A stretch of 64,000 bases of DNA. Origin: Psammoneis japonica. Lineage: Eukaryota. Numbering within the stretch: position 1 is the stretch's first letter; each line of letters starts with the position of its first letter. Below are positions 11,695 to 24,460 of the stretch, one piece after another. Made by a program: the position numbers and the translations under genes. The notes under the pieces were generated by a model. That model had not been told where the DNA came from. It saw only the letters and a program-made list of their open reading frames with translations, and did not search any database. The stretch spans positions 327,771-391,770 of the forward strand of contig QPGO01000066.1 of NCBI GenBank assembly GCA_008632985.1. Direction: 5' to 3'.

Positions 11695-14600
11695 TTACGA
11701 TCGAGATTGTTGGTCATCCGTCCGTTGGCGCTGTCGACGACTTTGCTCTTCTCTGTCAATGTTTTCTCTTGTTCGTCTGTGACTGGGAACACCAGGTGGC
11801 AGCTCCATAGTTCCACAACGGATGATCCGTAAGTCATTCCCAGCTTCATTCCATTCAAGTACTTTCTCCCGAGCAATGTCATAGGCAGCCTCGGCCGATG
11901 CAGGACGTCGATGTTGGTGTATTGCATTTTGCCATGCAGCTTCGAACGTCTCTCTTTTGGCTTTGTCACCATCAAATCCGCACACAAATGCATAGTAAGT
12001 CCAAGGTCGCAGGAAATCAGATGACGACAATCTTGATCCTGATCCTCGATTGTGCTCATCAATCCGACGAAAAAGATTATTGGTGTGACCAACATATGTA
12101 GACGTGTTGTCTTTCACTGAAAGCAACAAGTACACAAATCCCGATTCATCCCTGGGATAATCAAAGTCTTTCGGACGGTATGGAAAGCATCTTAAGTCAA
12201 GCTCCGGTAGAGTCGTTTCACTCCCTTGAAATTTCTTAAGGAAGTAACACATGAAATCTGTGTATTGAGTGTGACGGAGGAGTACGTTAGCCAGAGCATC
12301 TGCTGTTTCATCAGGTTCGCCAACAAAGATGGTGTCTTGTCCACGTCATGTTCTAGACAAGAGAACTACAATCTGTTCTCGCGTCCAAAGAGAATGCTCC
12401 TTCGATGCATTGATTTCTGTCACCAAAGTTTCTATTGTTTGACCCATGATGGAGTGATTGGTGCAAGCAACTCGATGTCGCAAACCACATTGAGTCCGTC
12501 GAACTTGAAGTCCGCCTCGGAAAGAATGTGTTCTCGATGGAACACAAGGCATTGAAACTTCTCTCCATTGCAATTGAAGAAGCAAGGATTTGGAAGCACC
12601 TTGAGGAGGAAGACTCTTACATCCCTCAGGGGTGACCATCACTCGAACAGGTTCCATGTTGCGCACTTGTTGGGCCGATGGCATGTCTTCCTCGCACATG
12701 GTAGCAAGTTGCTTGGCAGAGCATTCGTTCTCTCTGTTATGTGACACTTCATAGACTGCTCCGGGAAAGAAAAGTAACTCCGACGGCATCTTTGATTCTT
12801 TGGACAGATGTTTTGACACCATGGCCGAGCGGCTAGCTCTCCAATGTCCTTCCTGCGTGGATTCTTCATCCTGAGCCATGGCCGTGACACTTGGCACGTG
12901 GCCAGTGTTGCGCATCTTGTCAATGAGCATCTTCTCTGCTTGGAAGACGGCATTCCACCTCCCGAACACCCTGAGAGCTGAGTCCGGAATGCCGGGGTCG
13001 TCCCAACCTGGGACATGATGGAAAACAGACTTGATGAGACTTTTAAACTCCAACATTGTCTCTTGTCTTAAGTCTGTTGGAAGAATTCTTGTTGTGTCTT
13101 GTACTCGTTTGCATGGTTCATCTGAAGCGGCTCTCACAGATTGCTTCAACTGAAACAATGCAAAAGATGTCAACAAAAATGGAGACAACAGTGGAGGACG
13201 ACCTCGAACTGGGGGCAACTGCAAAGGGTCCATCGCAGACATGACCAAAACGCCACCCATGAAAGCATTGGATCTGCGAATACGACGCAGCAAAACATCC
13301 AAAGCAGCAAGCAACTCCGCTGACACCTGTCCAAGTTCGTCTGTTAACAACACGTCTACGCATCTCAAGTGCAGCATTTCCTTCGGTTTACTGCACAGTT
13401 TCATGATGGCGAGTTCAGCTTGTCGTGCGGGGGACCTGTGACCAGGCCTTAGTCGAGACCATCTGTGCATGTGCCGTCCTCCCAAAGCCAATGCACGCTC
13501 GGCCATGTGAGCTGTCAACAAAGTGGCAAGGCCACGAGACATTGCCTTGATGCCCGCTGTCTCCACTCCACAAAAGGTTTTCCCACACCCCGGACCACCT
13601 GTGACACAGACAGATTTTGTGACCGTTCTAGTGTTGGCAACACAACTGTCCAATGCATTGTCCATTTTGTTGAGAACCAGACGTTGTTCCTCGAAAGACT
13701 CTCGGTTTTGTTGCTCAACATCAAAACGCACTTCGATCTCATCATGAACCGGGTTGTCAATGGCAGCTTCCAATGTTGCATCTTCAGATGGCAAAGTGAC
13801 ATTGGTCAAGTGTCTTAACCGAGCAATCAGTGTGTGGCACAAGGTGGGCTGCAATTTGTTTCGATGTTCATTCAAATCATTGTCCACCTGACGAACTAAG
13901 TGAGTTTGTGTTGCGGAAGGAGTTTCACCCAACGGAAGGCAGTCATCTGCCACAATGCCGCACAATGCTCGTTTGGCATCAGCACTCATTCTGTCAAAAC
14001 TCTGAGATCCTCCCGGAGCACACATGAGTTGTTCCCCCATGTGCCGTCGCAAGAGCCGGCGACAACATTCTTCCTCACGGCCAAGAACCAGCAGTTTGCT
14101 GCTCATTGAAGCTTGTCTCAGATTTCCGCCGGCAAATGTGTCACACTCATTGTCCATTTTACCCACACTTGTGACAAGGTGCACGACAAAAGCCTCCGGT
14201 CTGCTTGGACGGACACTGTTGAACCACACCACAGGCAGAACCTGTCCCTCATCTGAAGTGTCAAGAAAGAGGTTTGCACGTTTGGCCAACCACGTCTTGT
14301 CTCTCAATGACAACGAATGACAAGGAGCATTGGTCAAGCGGTGCAGTCGATTGAATGTGCGTTCCATTTGAATTCTTGGAGACAGGTCACCAGCAACGCA
14401 TCCAAAATCTTCATCCGTCAATGTCGCCACACATTCAATTGCCTCAGGAAGAGCTGCGACTCGCAATCTGACGCCACAATTTGTTCCATCTGTCCAGCTT
14501 GTTTTTGAGTGACACTCATCCAATGCTTCATCAAATCGCAGCTGAGCATCATCGAAGGCACCACATCCACTTAAACTGTCTCGTGTGAACCATCGGAAGC

Positions 14601-17600
14601 AATGTTTTTGTTCCCGAACAAACCGCAGCTCTGGAGGTCGAACGGCAAAAACAGTCCCAGAATCCATTGAAACACTTGAAAGCAATTGATCCTTCAGCAT
14701 GAGTGGCTCAGAAGCTGTGTGCATCCTCCAACGAGGAAATCGTCGTTTTGATTGCTGTTCGTGGCTGGGCACAACAGCTCTGCTGTCCAGGTCTCTTGGT
14801 TCTCTTGCTCGACCCGCTGGATCAACAACGCCCTCTCTTCGAAGCTTCTCGATCGTTGGCCATCTGTCAAAAGCCGGGCGCATCTCTGTGGCCCTGCAGA
14901 TGCGTGAGTGAACCTGATGTCCGTGTGCACTTGTGGATGTCCCAAAATCATGGACGTCATTTCCATCAATCCAGCCGCTCGTCCTTTTGATTGATGCTCA
15001 CAATGCCGAGAGGCCCTGTCTTTCTTTCTCTTGCATGGCAGATGAGGCAACCTTGGTGTTTGCTGGGTGTTCCATGGCAACTTCAAAGGACCTGCCTTCC
15101 TTTCCTGCGGCAATTCCCACTCGCGCTCGATTGTGCTCATCGACGCTTGCAACATGCTTTGCCAAGCATCGAGACACCAAGTGACCAGTGCAGAATTGAA
15201 GATTCTGTGATGATCTGGTTGCAGCAAAAAGACGTCCGTTGCGTGCACTTGTCTTGCCCTCTGCAGCAACGGCTGGAGGATGGTGTTTCCACGCTTCCAA
15301 TCTGGCGTCTGTTGCAACCCATCTTCCGGTTTCTTCGCTCTTCTGCGCAAGTCCAGCATCAGCCATCGCTTCACAAGCTTGTTCCGAGTGCACAATGTTG
15401 AGCAGCCTCATCGTGTGTTCATCAGCAAATGGATTCTCAAGACCATTGTCAGACACTCGACAAACAATGCCCCCATTTTTGTTCCTGCGCACGCAACGAT
15501 TGCTGCAGACGTGCAACAACAGTCGACGGGAAAGGTCTCTTGCAGCCAGCAAATCATTTTCATCCACAAGAGTGCCCTCTTCAATCAAACTTCTGACCTC
15601 ATTGACTCGAACCAAGTCACCCAAATTTCCTCGAGTGCAGCCCTCAACGACATCATTGCCCCCGGCCCATCCAACGTTGTCAGAGCATGCATGTGGGACA
15701 AATTGCCAGCAGCATCCTGGCACTCATGACGACACCAATGTCTCTTTGCAGGAGCACCAAATGGAAGCTCTTGACTCTTGGCAAGGCATGACATGAAGAA
15801 CTCTGTTGTCTCCATCCAGTTTCGCAACAGAAGCACCGCTGCCATTTGGCTCAACGACTCTTTTGCCTCTTGGCACTGTGCATGAGTTGTCACCTTGTGT
15901 TGGCTGCATGCTTCACCCAAGCATTCGTCACTGTCAAGCCATCGTTTCAATTCCTTGACCCCAAAATGATCTCTTTGGTTGCACGCAAAGGCAGCAAAAA
16001 GAGTGTGTTGTTCCGCGCTTCCAGCCGCCGACAACTGATTCACCACCGGACGGGAATCGATCATGCCAGCATCGAATGACAGAGCGCCCGTTTCCTTTGA
16101 ACGGACACCCCCCTTTCCTTGTCGTGGCGCAAAGCCCCGGCCCAGTGTGACTCGAGAGTCATTGGATCTTAGCTCCAAATTTGCCAGCGAGCCAAATGAG
16201 TGCATGAGATGTCGGGGATCCGCAGAACAGAGCAAACCGGGATCCATCGTTCTTGTCCTGATGTGATCCTCTGCACTGGCGAAACCATTCTTGGAAGTGA
16301 GTCCACTTTTGGTCAACAAGCCGCTGGGGAGAGAGCCAACAACACTCCCATCATGGAACGAACACCAAAACGTAGAAGGAAAGAGCATTGACTCTGGATG
16401 CACCAACGGCGCCGACTTTCCAGCTGCCACCGACACTGTCCTTTGCAAAAAATTGTTGGTTGTGGTGCTGCCTGCAATTTTGTGTTCTGATCTGGTCAGC
16501 AGGCTTCCACAATTGTTGAGAATGACACAACCTGGCATGCAAGTTCCTGGGGCACACGAGAAGGACGGAGCTTCTTCATCAACCGCAGGAGTGTTCAAAA
16601 ACACATCCTCTGAGAATTCAAAATTTAAACCGTCGCAAAATCCAAAAATGTCACTGAACTGTTCCGTGTTTTCAAAATCTCCATCAGGCTCAAATCCTTG
16701 ACACACATTGAAGTCATCATCCAAGACTTCTTCCCAATCTTCACAATCTGCATCGGGTGTGTCAGTGTCAGCTGCAGAGGGTGTTGCCGGAGAAGCTTCA
16801 TCATCGAAAGCATCAACGTCACCCATGTCAAAACCATCATCAACAATGTTCTGTTCCTCCCTGCCATCATGAAGCAAACCACCACCATCTTGCAGCTCAT
16901 CATCCCTCTCACTGTTGTTTGGAGCTGCGCTGTCAATGACGCCAAAACATGTCTTGTCAACGTTGGGTGGAATCTCCTTGTGATGAGCCGCGCACACTCT
17001 TGTGTTGCAACCATCGACAGGACATTGAAAGCTGCATTGTTTCACACAATCATTTGCACAACAACTGTGTTTCTTCCGAAATGGTGAAACGACCAATGGA
17101 ACATCATGGCATCGACAGCATGCCTTCGTCTGTCCCCCGAGTGATGCCAAGAATCCATCACGAACTTTGGAAAACTCCACTTGTCGACGTCGCACACAAA
17201 CGCCCACTTCCCAATTGTTGCTCAAAGCATCAATTCTAAAGTCATCATCTGTCTCACAAAAAAAAGGATGACAACATCGAACGTTGTCACCACGAAAACA
17301 CTTCCACCATCCGGGAAACATGTCATCTCCATGACGACTGCAAACTGAACCCGTCCATTTTTGGTTTTCATTGTCCCATGTCGATGCACTGACAAAGCGG
17401 AGCTCCCACTCACTCCCATCGCTTTTAATGCCATCTCGCAGTGGCGCGGCTTGAGCATGGTCTAGAGCATGAACAGCGACGATTGCGACATTGAACAGCG
17501 GATTGCGGACACGGACATCATCCGGACTCAACGCCCCCACCACAACGGAAACCCCGGACACATCCCGGAACAAACGATGGAGCTCAAAACCATTTCTGAA

Positions 17601-19670
17601 CATCGCATCCAGTTGAAGTCTGCTGTGCCGCAACAACTTTTCTCGAATTCTTTCCACCGGCCGATCTGTTGTAGAAAAATGATTTTTGCCACCCCCTCGA
17701 AACGTGCACTCTGGAAAACATTCTTTCGCTGCCATTTGCAAAACAAAACCCTGCCACGCATCGTTGCACCGCACACTGTCGTCGGTCAATTCCCACAATT
17801 GAGGCACACAAACAAGCGTGGCAACCGTGAAAAAGAGCAGTCTGTTGTTGACTCTCGATTCATGAAACGGAGGCAATGGCAGAAACTCTGCACCAAACTC
17901 TCCATTCCGACAAGGATGCACTCCAGTCAACCGTCTGGGCCAATGACTCTTGAAAGGTTCGTGAGATGCTGTGCCGCTGGCATCAATGACACGCAACAAC
18001 GGCCGACTCTCTAACTTCACAAGCTGCTGCAGTTTCAGAGCATCATGCAAAGCAACAAAAGTGGCTCCTGCCCGAGCCTCGTCCACTTCTGCCGGTGGCT
18101 TGCACTGATCAGAATGGGCCAACACATCTTCCCCTTCTTGAGACGACAAAATCCTGCCCTCTTCCTTCCACCGGCTGAACATGCCGCGCACGTCCGGCCG
18201 ATTTCTCAACGTCACGGCCTCTTGCTCTTGTCTCAACAAAGAATCAGACTCAAAGTTGTGTGTGCCCCCCAAGAACAAAGTGTCCAACCCATTGAAACTC
18301 CCCTTCATTTTGCACATTTGACACCCATTTGAAAATTCTGAACACTTCACAGACTTCATCGTCCTGGGGCGCAACACAGCAGGTGCCAACTGATCAGCAT
18401 TCTTGCCAGGTGGATTCGAACACGGATGTGCAGATGGATGAACACATCGTTTGTCATGTCCTTGATCATGCTCTCGACAGGTCATCATCACCGGGCCTTT
18501 TAATGTGGGCCGGATAGAAGGTTTAATCCGCCATCGACCCTTGCTGTGTGCCAAGTCTTCTTGCCGAGTAAAACAGTCCGGGCACGACCCAACAAGTTTC
18601 CTTCTTTTTGTTTTGCAATTCTCAAACGTCTTCATCATGGGTCCGTCCAAACAGTGCGCCATCATCACATCCAAAGGAAACTCACCCTCGCAATGTGCAC
18701 AGTCAGCACACCCCCACGGACAACGACAAATGGGGCACAATTTCCCACCCAGTGCATCAGCCAACACTCCCAGCCGCAGTTCCTCTGCTGGAACCGTCAA
18801 ATCACGGTGCCACAAAGTCATCTCATGAACAAATGAAGAAGGTCGATTTGTGGCACAATCGCGGTGGCCCCAACCTGCATTTCTCACCGACGCCACCCAC
18901 CAATGTCGCCACTCTTGAGGAATTGGACACCACACATTCGAAGCTCCGTTGGCAGCTGCAACTCGTTCATCAGAAAGTGTCATCCAGCAAAAAGCCGGCC
19001 ATGTCCATTTCCATTGTTTCGACACCGCCGGCAGCAGCTGAGCTCCATCATGTGGCACTTCCAGATGGTTGCAACACTCATCACACATCCCACACAATCC
19101 TCCAACGTCAGCGGGCACGAAACAAAACTTCTTGTTGTGCGTGCCCCTCGGAAAGTTGGTGGCAGAAACTTCCCGCACTCGAAAACTGTCAACATGAGCC
19201 AAGCCCGCATTGGCGCCATTTGTCATTTCTTCCCAATGACAATTGACACAGAAACGACCACTCCCGTTGACAGATTCATTGTTCGATGTGTCTGTGTCAT
19301 CAAAATCCGCACCCCAATCAACGGACAAATGCTGGCTAATGTCAAGTGCATTGTCAAGCATGTCGTCGACGACACCAAGACCACTGCCAGAATCAGATGG
19401 TTCCACACTGCCCCAATCACTGCCCACACTCTCTCGTGACAACGAAACACCATCGTCAGCGGTGTGCGGTGCACCAAGGGTGCCACAACCAACACTCGCC
19501 TTTTTGCAAAGACGACAATGCCCGTCATTGCAAATGAATCTGTTCTTGTGAACAAGACAAAGCTTTTTTCTGACAGCGGTCTCACGATGGCTTCTCGCCT
19601 TTTCAAACGGCATGCACCACGCCAAAATTGTGACAATTGCCTGGCAAGAAACTTGTTGTTTTCCACATTG
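11695..19670 (-). pseudogene. Giant Helitron-like RepHel: N-terminal Cys-rich region, HUH Rep, Pif1 (SF1B) helicase and C-terminal GIY-YIG endonuclease
   Basis: Rep motifs LFAAFACNQ (FxTxTCN), RHWCRHECQDAAGNLSHMHAL (YxxRxEYQ...HUH) and NLQFCTGHLVSRCLAKHV (YxxKY). Helicase motifs TGGPGCGKT, DELGQV, DPLQLPPV, LKQSVR, HSIMGQT, VVLLSR. GIY-YIG GFVYLL...YVGHTNNLFRRIDEHN is in frame behind one TGA at 12346-12348. Frameshifts near 15660 and 14900-15000. Start codon approximate. Confidence 0.88.
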
Positions 19671-22600
19671 ACATGAAAACCGTTCTGGGACTTAAACTGA
19701 ACAAGACTTGCATCGGTTGCTTGTCAGATTTTCCCCAAAATTTGGCAGTGGTGGAAAAATCGAACAACCAGCAACCAGTCGACAGCAATCCACATTGCTC
19801 AGAATCGCACCTCCATCAGGGTTGCCATGCATTGTCCTCCATTGCTCACACATCACACCCGCTGTCAACTTGTCACATGCATGACATCACTGTCCACAAC
19901 GCGAACAACCTTTAAAAACACTTTCTCAGAATCGCTCAGCAGTTGATGTCAGAATCAACAGTGCCCAAAGTGGTGCGATGTGTTTGGCCATTTTACGAAG
20001 ACCCGAACACCCCAACGATTCATGCGACCGCAGTGACGTCAAATCATGACCGCAAAAAACAGCCGAAAATCCCCAAAACGACAACATGCCTCGAAAACGA
20101 GATCATGAAGGTGTGCTTTTCTCTTTGCCAAAAAAACCGCCACGAACCATTTGCAACGAACTGGGAGTGTCATAAAAAGTCGCTGCACGATTCTTTTTTT
20201 ATGGTCGAAAAACCATGTTTTTCGTTCAGGGTCAGGCATTCATTGGCCCGCCATTCCGGTGTGTAGAGAGTTGCCATCAGATTTCAGACCGACTCCGGGT
20301 CCCTCCCTGGCGTCGACCTGTCACACGGCTGACCCACAGAAGCGCAGCCAACGGACCAAGGCTGTGTGGCATGTGCGCTGTTTGTTTCATCGTCACGAGT
20401 CTCATCTTCTGTCACACCTTCCTTCTTCGTTTTTTTGTTGTTTCGGTGGGAGCGACGACAGAGTTGGCATTGTTCAACATCATTCCTCCCATTCATTGCG
20501 GCTGGTGCAACAAACTGATGGTGGCCGTGCCACTCTACATGCGCACTGCGAAACGCGCGCGGAACATCGCGCACCCCCTGAAATTCAAACATTTGTCAAT
20601 TTGTTGCGTGGCTGCTGGAAAAGTGGAGGTTGGGACAGGGTTGCAACATTTTGTGGGAGGTTTCTGAAAAGTGGATTCTTCGTGGTGCTTGACGTTGATT
20701 CCTGCGAGGATCAGTGTTCTCTTCTTGTTTAAAACAAAATGTTGCTCAAATGTCAAAGTGTTTGAGGATCTGACTCCTTGATTTAGTGACGACTTTGTCC
20801 GAGTGATTTATGAAGTTCCATTGCATCGGTCATTTGGAAATGTCTTGGTCATCCAAAGTGAATTACAACCGCATTCGTGCACTCAGATGTTTGCTCACAT
20901 GACAGTGTTTGGCGACGATGACTCAACGAAATTTGCTTGAATGTTGAGCAATGTTTAAGGGTGACTGTCTTTCTCTGAACAAACCCGTTGTCCGTCCCCC
21001 ATGTGGGGTGAACAACCCGTGCAATGTGAGCCAAGCAAACCTTTGGTGTTGCAGTGCCCAGGTGCTTTGTTTTCTTTTTTTTGAAGCAACTGCAGCAGCT
21101 TTGTGGTGCCAGCCAAGGCACGAGCACCAACAAAGCAGGAGGGGGTGCAGCACCCTGCTTGCTGTGTTGCCCATTTTTGGGTCCAGCACCCAGCGCCAAG
21201 AGGCAAGCTGAAACGGGGCAACACACAGCTGCAAGGGGGCAGCTGCAGGCTGGAGAACAGAGCGCATTTGTGAAGTGCGTCCTGAGCTGCTCTCAGCCCT
21301 CAGGTCACAAACTTTTGGCCCTGCGGCCAGATTTTGGCCCTCATCAGAGCTGCAAAACACTCAAAATGCGGGCACTGGTGGTTTTTTGCTCTCTCCAAGC
21401 CAGCATCTTGCAGGAGAGCAGAGCAAATGTGGCAAAACACACGTGGAAAATGATGACTTTGGGTGGACTCAGCATCCCAAATTTTTGGCTTGCTTCAATT
21501 CAGTGGGCGACATTTGTGCGATGCACAACAAAAACAACAGCCGCGCACAGTGCAGCAAACATGGCAATGGCATTCAAAGTTGATGGGAGAAGCCAATCAC
21601 CCATTGTCACAGCAGGCCATGACAGTGGCACGCTGCTGCTGGCACTCTGATGACTCACGATGCTTTGTTGGTGCATTGCGGGAATGCGGGCCAGTCTCTT
21701 TTTACCTTGTTGTTGTCATCCTTTGTCGCTGGCATTTTTTTGCCTTTCTCTTTTGTTCTGCAGCGGGCTTCTGACTCTGTTGGCTCTTTGTGAATTTGTT
21801 TGCAGTTTCATTTCCTTCTGAACAGTGGCCCCAAGTCTCCAAGCCTTGCACATTGCACGTTGCTGCTCCTCAAAAATTTGACATCCAGGCAAACCTTGTT
21901 GCTGCTGCTTCCAAATCTGGCGACCCTTCCCGACCACAGCACCGCTTTTGTTCACCAATCCACCAACCCCAGCTTCTGTTGTGATTCTTCCATTGATGTC
22001 CAAGAGTGTCTTCCTTGGAATGATGTGTTGTTTGGCAAGCACAAACCGTTCCCATCATTTTGGCTTTGTGTTCTCCATTGCAACACGAGTGGTTTTTCCT
22101 CCTCTCACGACCGCAGTGTTGCCTTTGTCCACAAATGTGCTGTGAGAAGTTAGAAAAAGCATGTGCTGTCAGCCGGCAAGCAGTTGAACAAATTGACCTT
22201 GTTGTCAAGCAGGCAGAATCCACTCCAAAGATTTGTGCAAGATTTTGAGTCATTTTGGACTCACAATCAGTGCAAGATGTTTGGTGGTGGTGATGAGGAG
22301 CTTCTTTGTCCTCTGGATGTTTTCGCGCAGTGTCTTTTCAAACAGCATCAACGACATGCGTGTTGGTGCCATCATTCAGAGGCAGCTCAGCATTTTTTCC
22401 TTTTGTTTTGGGTGCTGCTGCTGACCTTGCATCTTTTTTTGCTTTCAGAGCAGTTGCTCTGTCTTTCTTTCCAATTGATCTGGAACCAGTGCCATGTGTG
22501 CAACCCTTTTCTCCATTGTGGCTGGTTCTGACTCGTGAAGACCATTGTTGACAGTTGCTCAGAAAAACCAAAATTGTGTGGGAGAAACAGCGGCGCCACA

Positions 22601-23235
22601 TTTTATGATGTGCAAGGGATCGCACACAGAACAGTGCCAGGTGCTCAAGGACATGCTTCATCAATTTTGGACATCTTGCTCAACAGCGCCTGACAAAGTT
22701 CTCATTTCATGACAGCAAACACCGCCCCACCGAAGCACAAAGTGTGTGTGCACTTCTTGGTTCTTCCTCTCAGCTCTCCACATCACATCTGTGCAGCACA
22801 CTCATCTGACTTGTTCCCACCGAGTGATCATGGCTGTGCACAAGGAAGAGCCTCATCACAAAGAATTTTTGAGACACTTAAAAAAATCCTTGAGTAAATT
22901 GTTGTTGTTTTGTTGCTTCTTTGTGGTCATTTTGAGTCTTGTTTGTGCCAAAAACTCAAAAAAGTGAGATGACAGATCCTCAGAAAATGCAAAGAAGCAT
23001 TGATTTGCACCTGGAATCTTGCAAAAATTGCAAATGTTTGTTGAGATTTCTTGTGCACAAGCAAAGCAAAAAAAAAAGCAACCGTGTGGGTCTCAGCAGC
23101 ACAGGTTCTGCATGCAAGGCATTCCATCAATTGGCAGAGGGCTTTTGCCATGTGGCAGGACGGCACTGCTCATGGTGCCAGCTGTTTGGTGTTTGAGGGC
23201 AGAGCTGGCTCTTTTCACTGAGCACCTTTTGACAT

Positions 23236-24460
23236 CATTTTTGTTTCTGTCCACAACAAAAGCAACCTTCTTCCAAGCAGGAAATGATGGCAAGTGGAGC
23301 TTGTGGCTTGCAGTTGTTTCTTTCTCAACAACTGTGCAACTGTGACAACTTTCTGGTGTTGTTCATTTCTGACAAGAACAGCGATGCTCTCATTTGTCTC
23401 ACTGACCAGATTGCACATCGGGCTGTGTGTTGCTTCATTGTCTGATTTGCACCTGTTTTGTCTTGTCATTTCTGCGCTGAATGACATGCTTTTGCTGCCT
23501 GTTTCCTGCCCTTTGTTTTTTCCATGCGTCCCACCAGCTCCTGTTGTTTTTTGCAGTCCCCACATGAGAGTGCCCCAAGCGCTTGCCCAGAAACACACCC
23601 CGGCATGGATTGCCAGGCAGATGCAGAGCTGATCAGATGGAGAGCAATGACAAGTGCCTCTCACAAAGCACCCAGGGTCACAAGCCCAAAAATGTTGCTT
23701 GTCGTTTGCAATCCAGATGGCCAACAACCTGCAAGGAAAAATGCTTGCTGCAACTGCCAGGCCCACTTGACGGGCTCCAGTTCTGGGCGGGACTCCATGC
23801 GGCATTGGGCCCACAAAATTCTGCACACAAGCTCTGCAGCACAAGAGCTCAATTGACGGAAGCACTCATCTTCAACATGTCAAACAAAAGAGCAAGTTTG
23901 CAGTGCATTCACACCTTTCCATGCTCAAAGTTTTTGAACATCCACCTGCCTCGCACCATTCCCAAGACATTTGAGAATGGCACAGAAGCAAAAAACATGT
24001 TGTGCTGAAAGTTGGCAAATGGACAGCCCAACAAAATTGTGAAACAAAAGGACACAAAATTCCACCACAAAGTCATGCAGAAATGAATGTGTGCAACATG
24101 CAGCACAATCCAAAAAACTGTTGACATCACAGTTCAGCAGTGTGAGGTCCCACCCAGAGCTGGAACTTGTCACTTTTGGCATGTCACCTCCATTGACAAA
24201 AATGTGTCAACCAAGGAGGAAGGAAATGGAGCAAAGTTCCAAATGGTGTCATTGGGTCCCGTGATGAAGTGTTGGAATTTCTGAGACTTGAGTGCGCACA
24301 AACCAGCAGTGGTTTTTGCAAACACAGGGGCTGGAGCTGCCTCCATTGGCAAAACAAAGCATTTGCACCATGCTGCCAGAAGGCATGGCCCAACTGCCAG
24401 CTGTGCCATCAGATCTGCAGAGGTGCACATTGATGGTGTCAGTCAAGGTGCCATTTGGCA
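23236..24460 (+). repeat. Dispersed ~1.2-kb repeat, copy A (copy B at ~46695-47810), containing an old MITE copy at 23769-24171
   Basis: Colinear similarity from ttgtttctgtccacaacaaaagcaacc to gccatcagatctgcagaggtgcacattga. The MITE has a TSD of ACTT. Confidence 0.85.
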
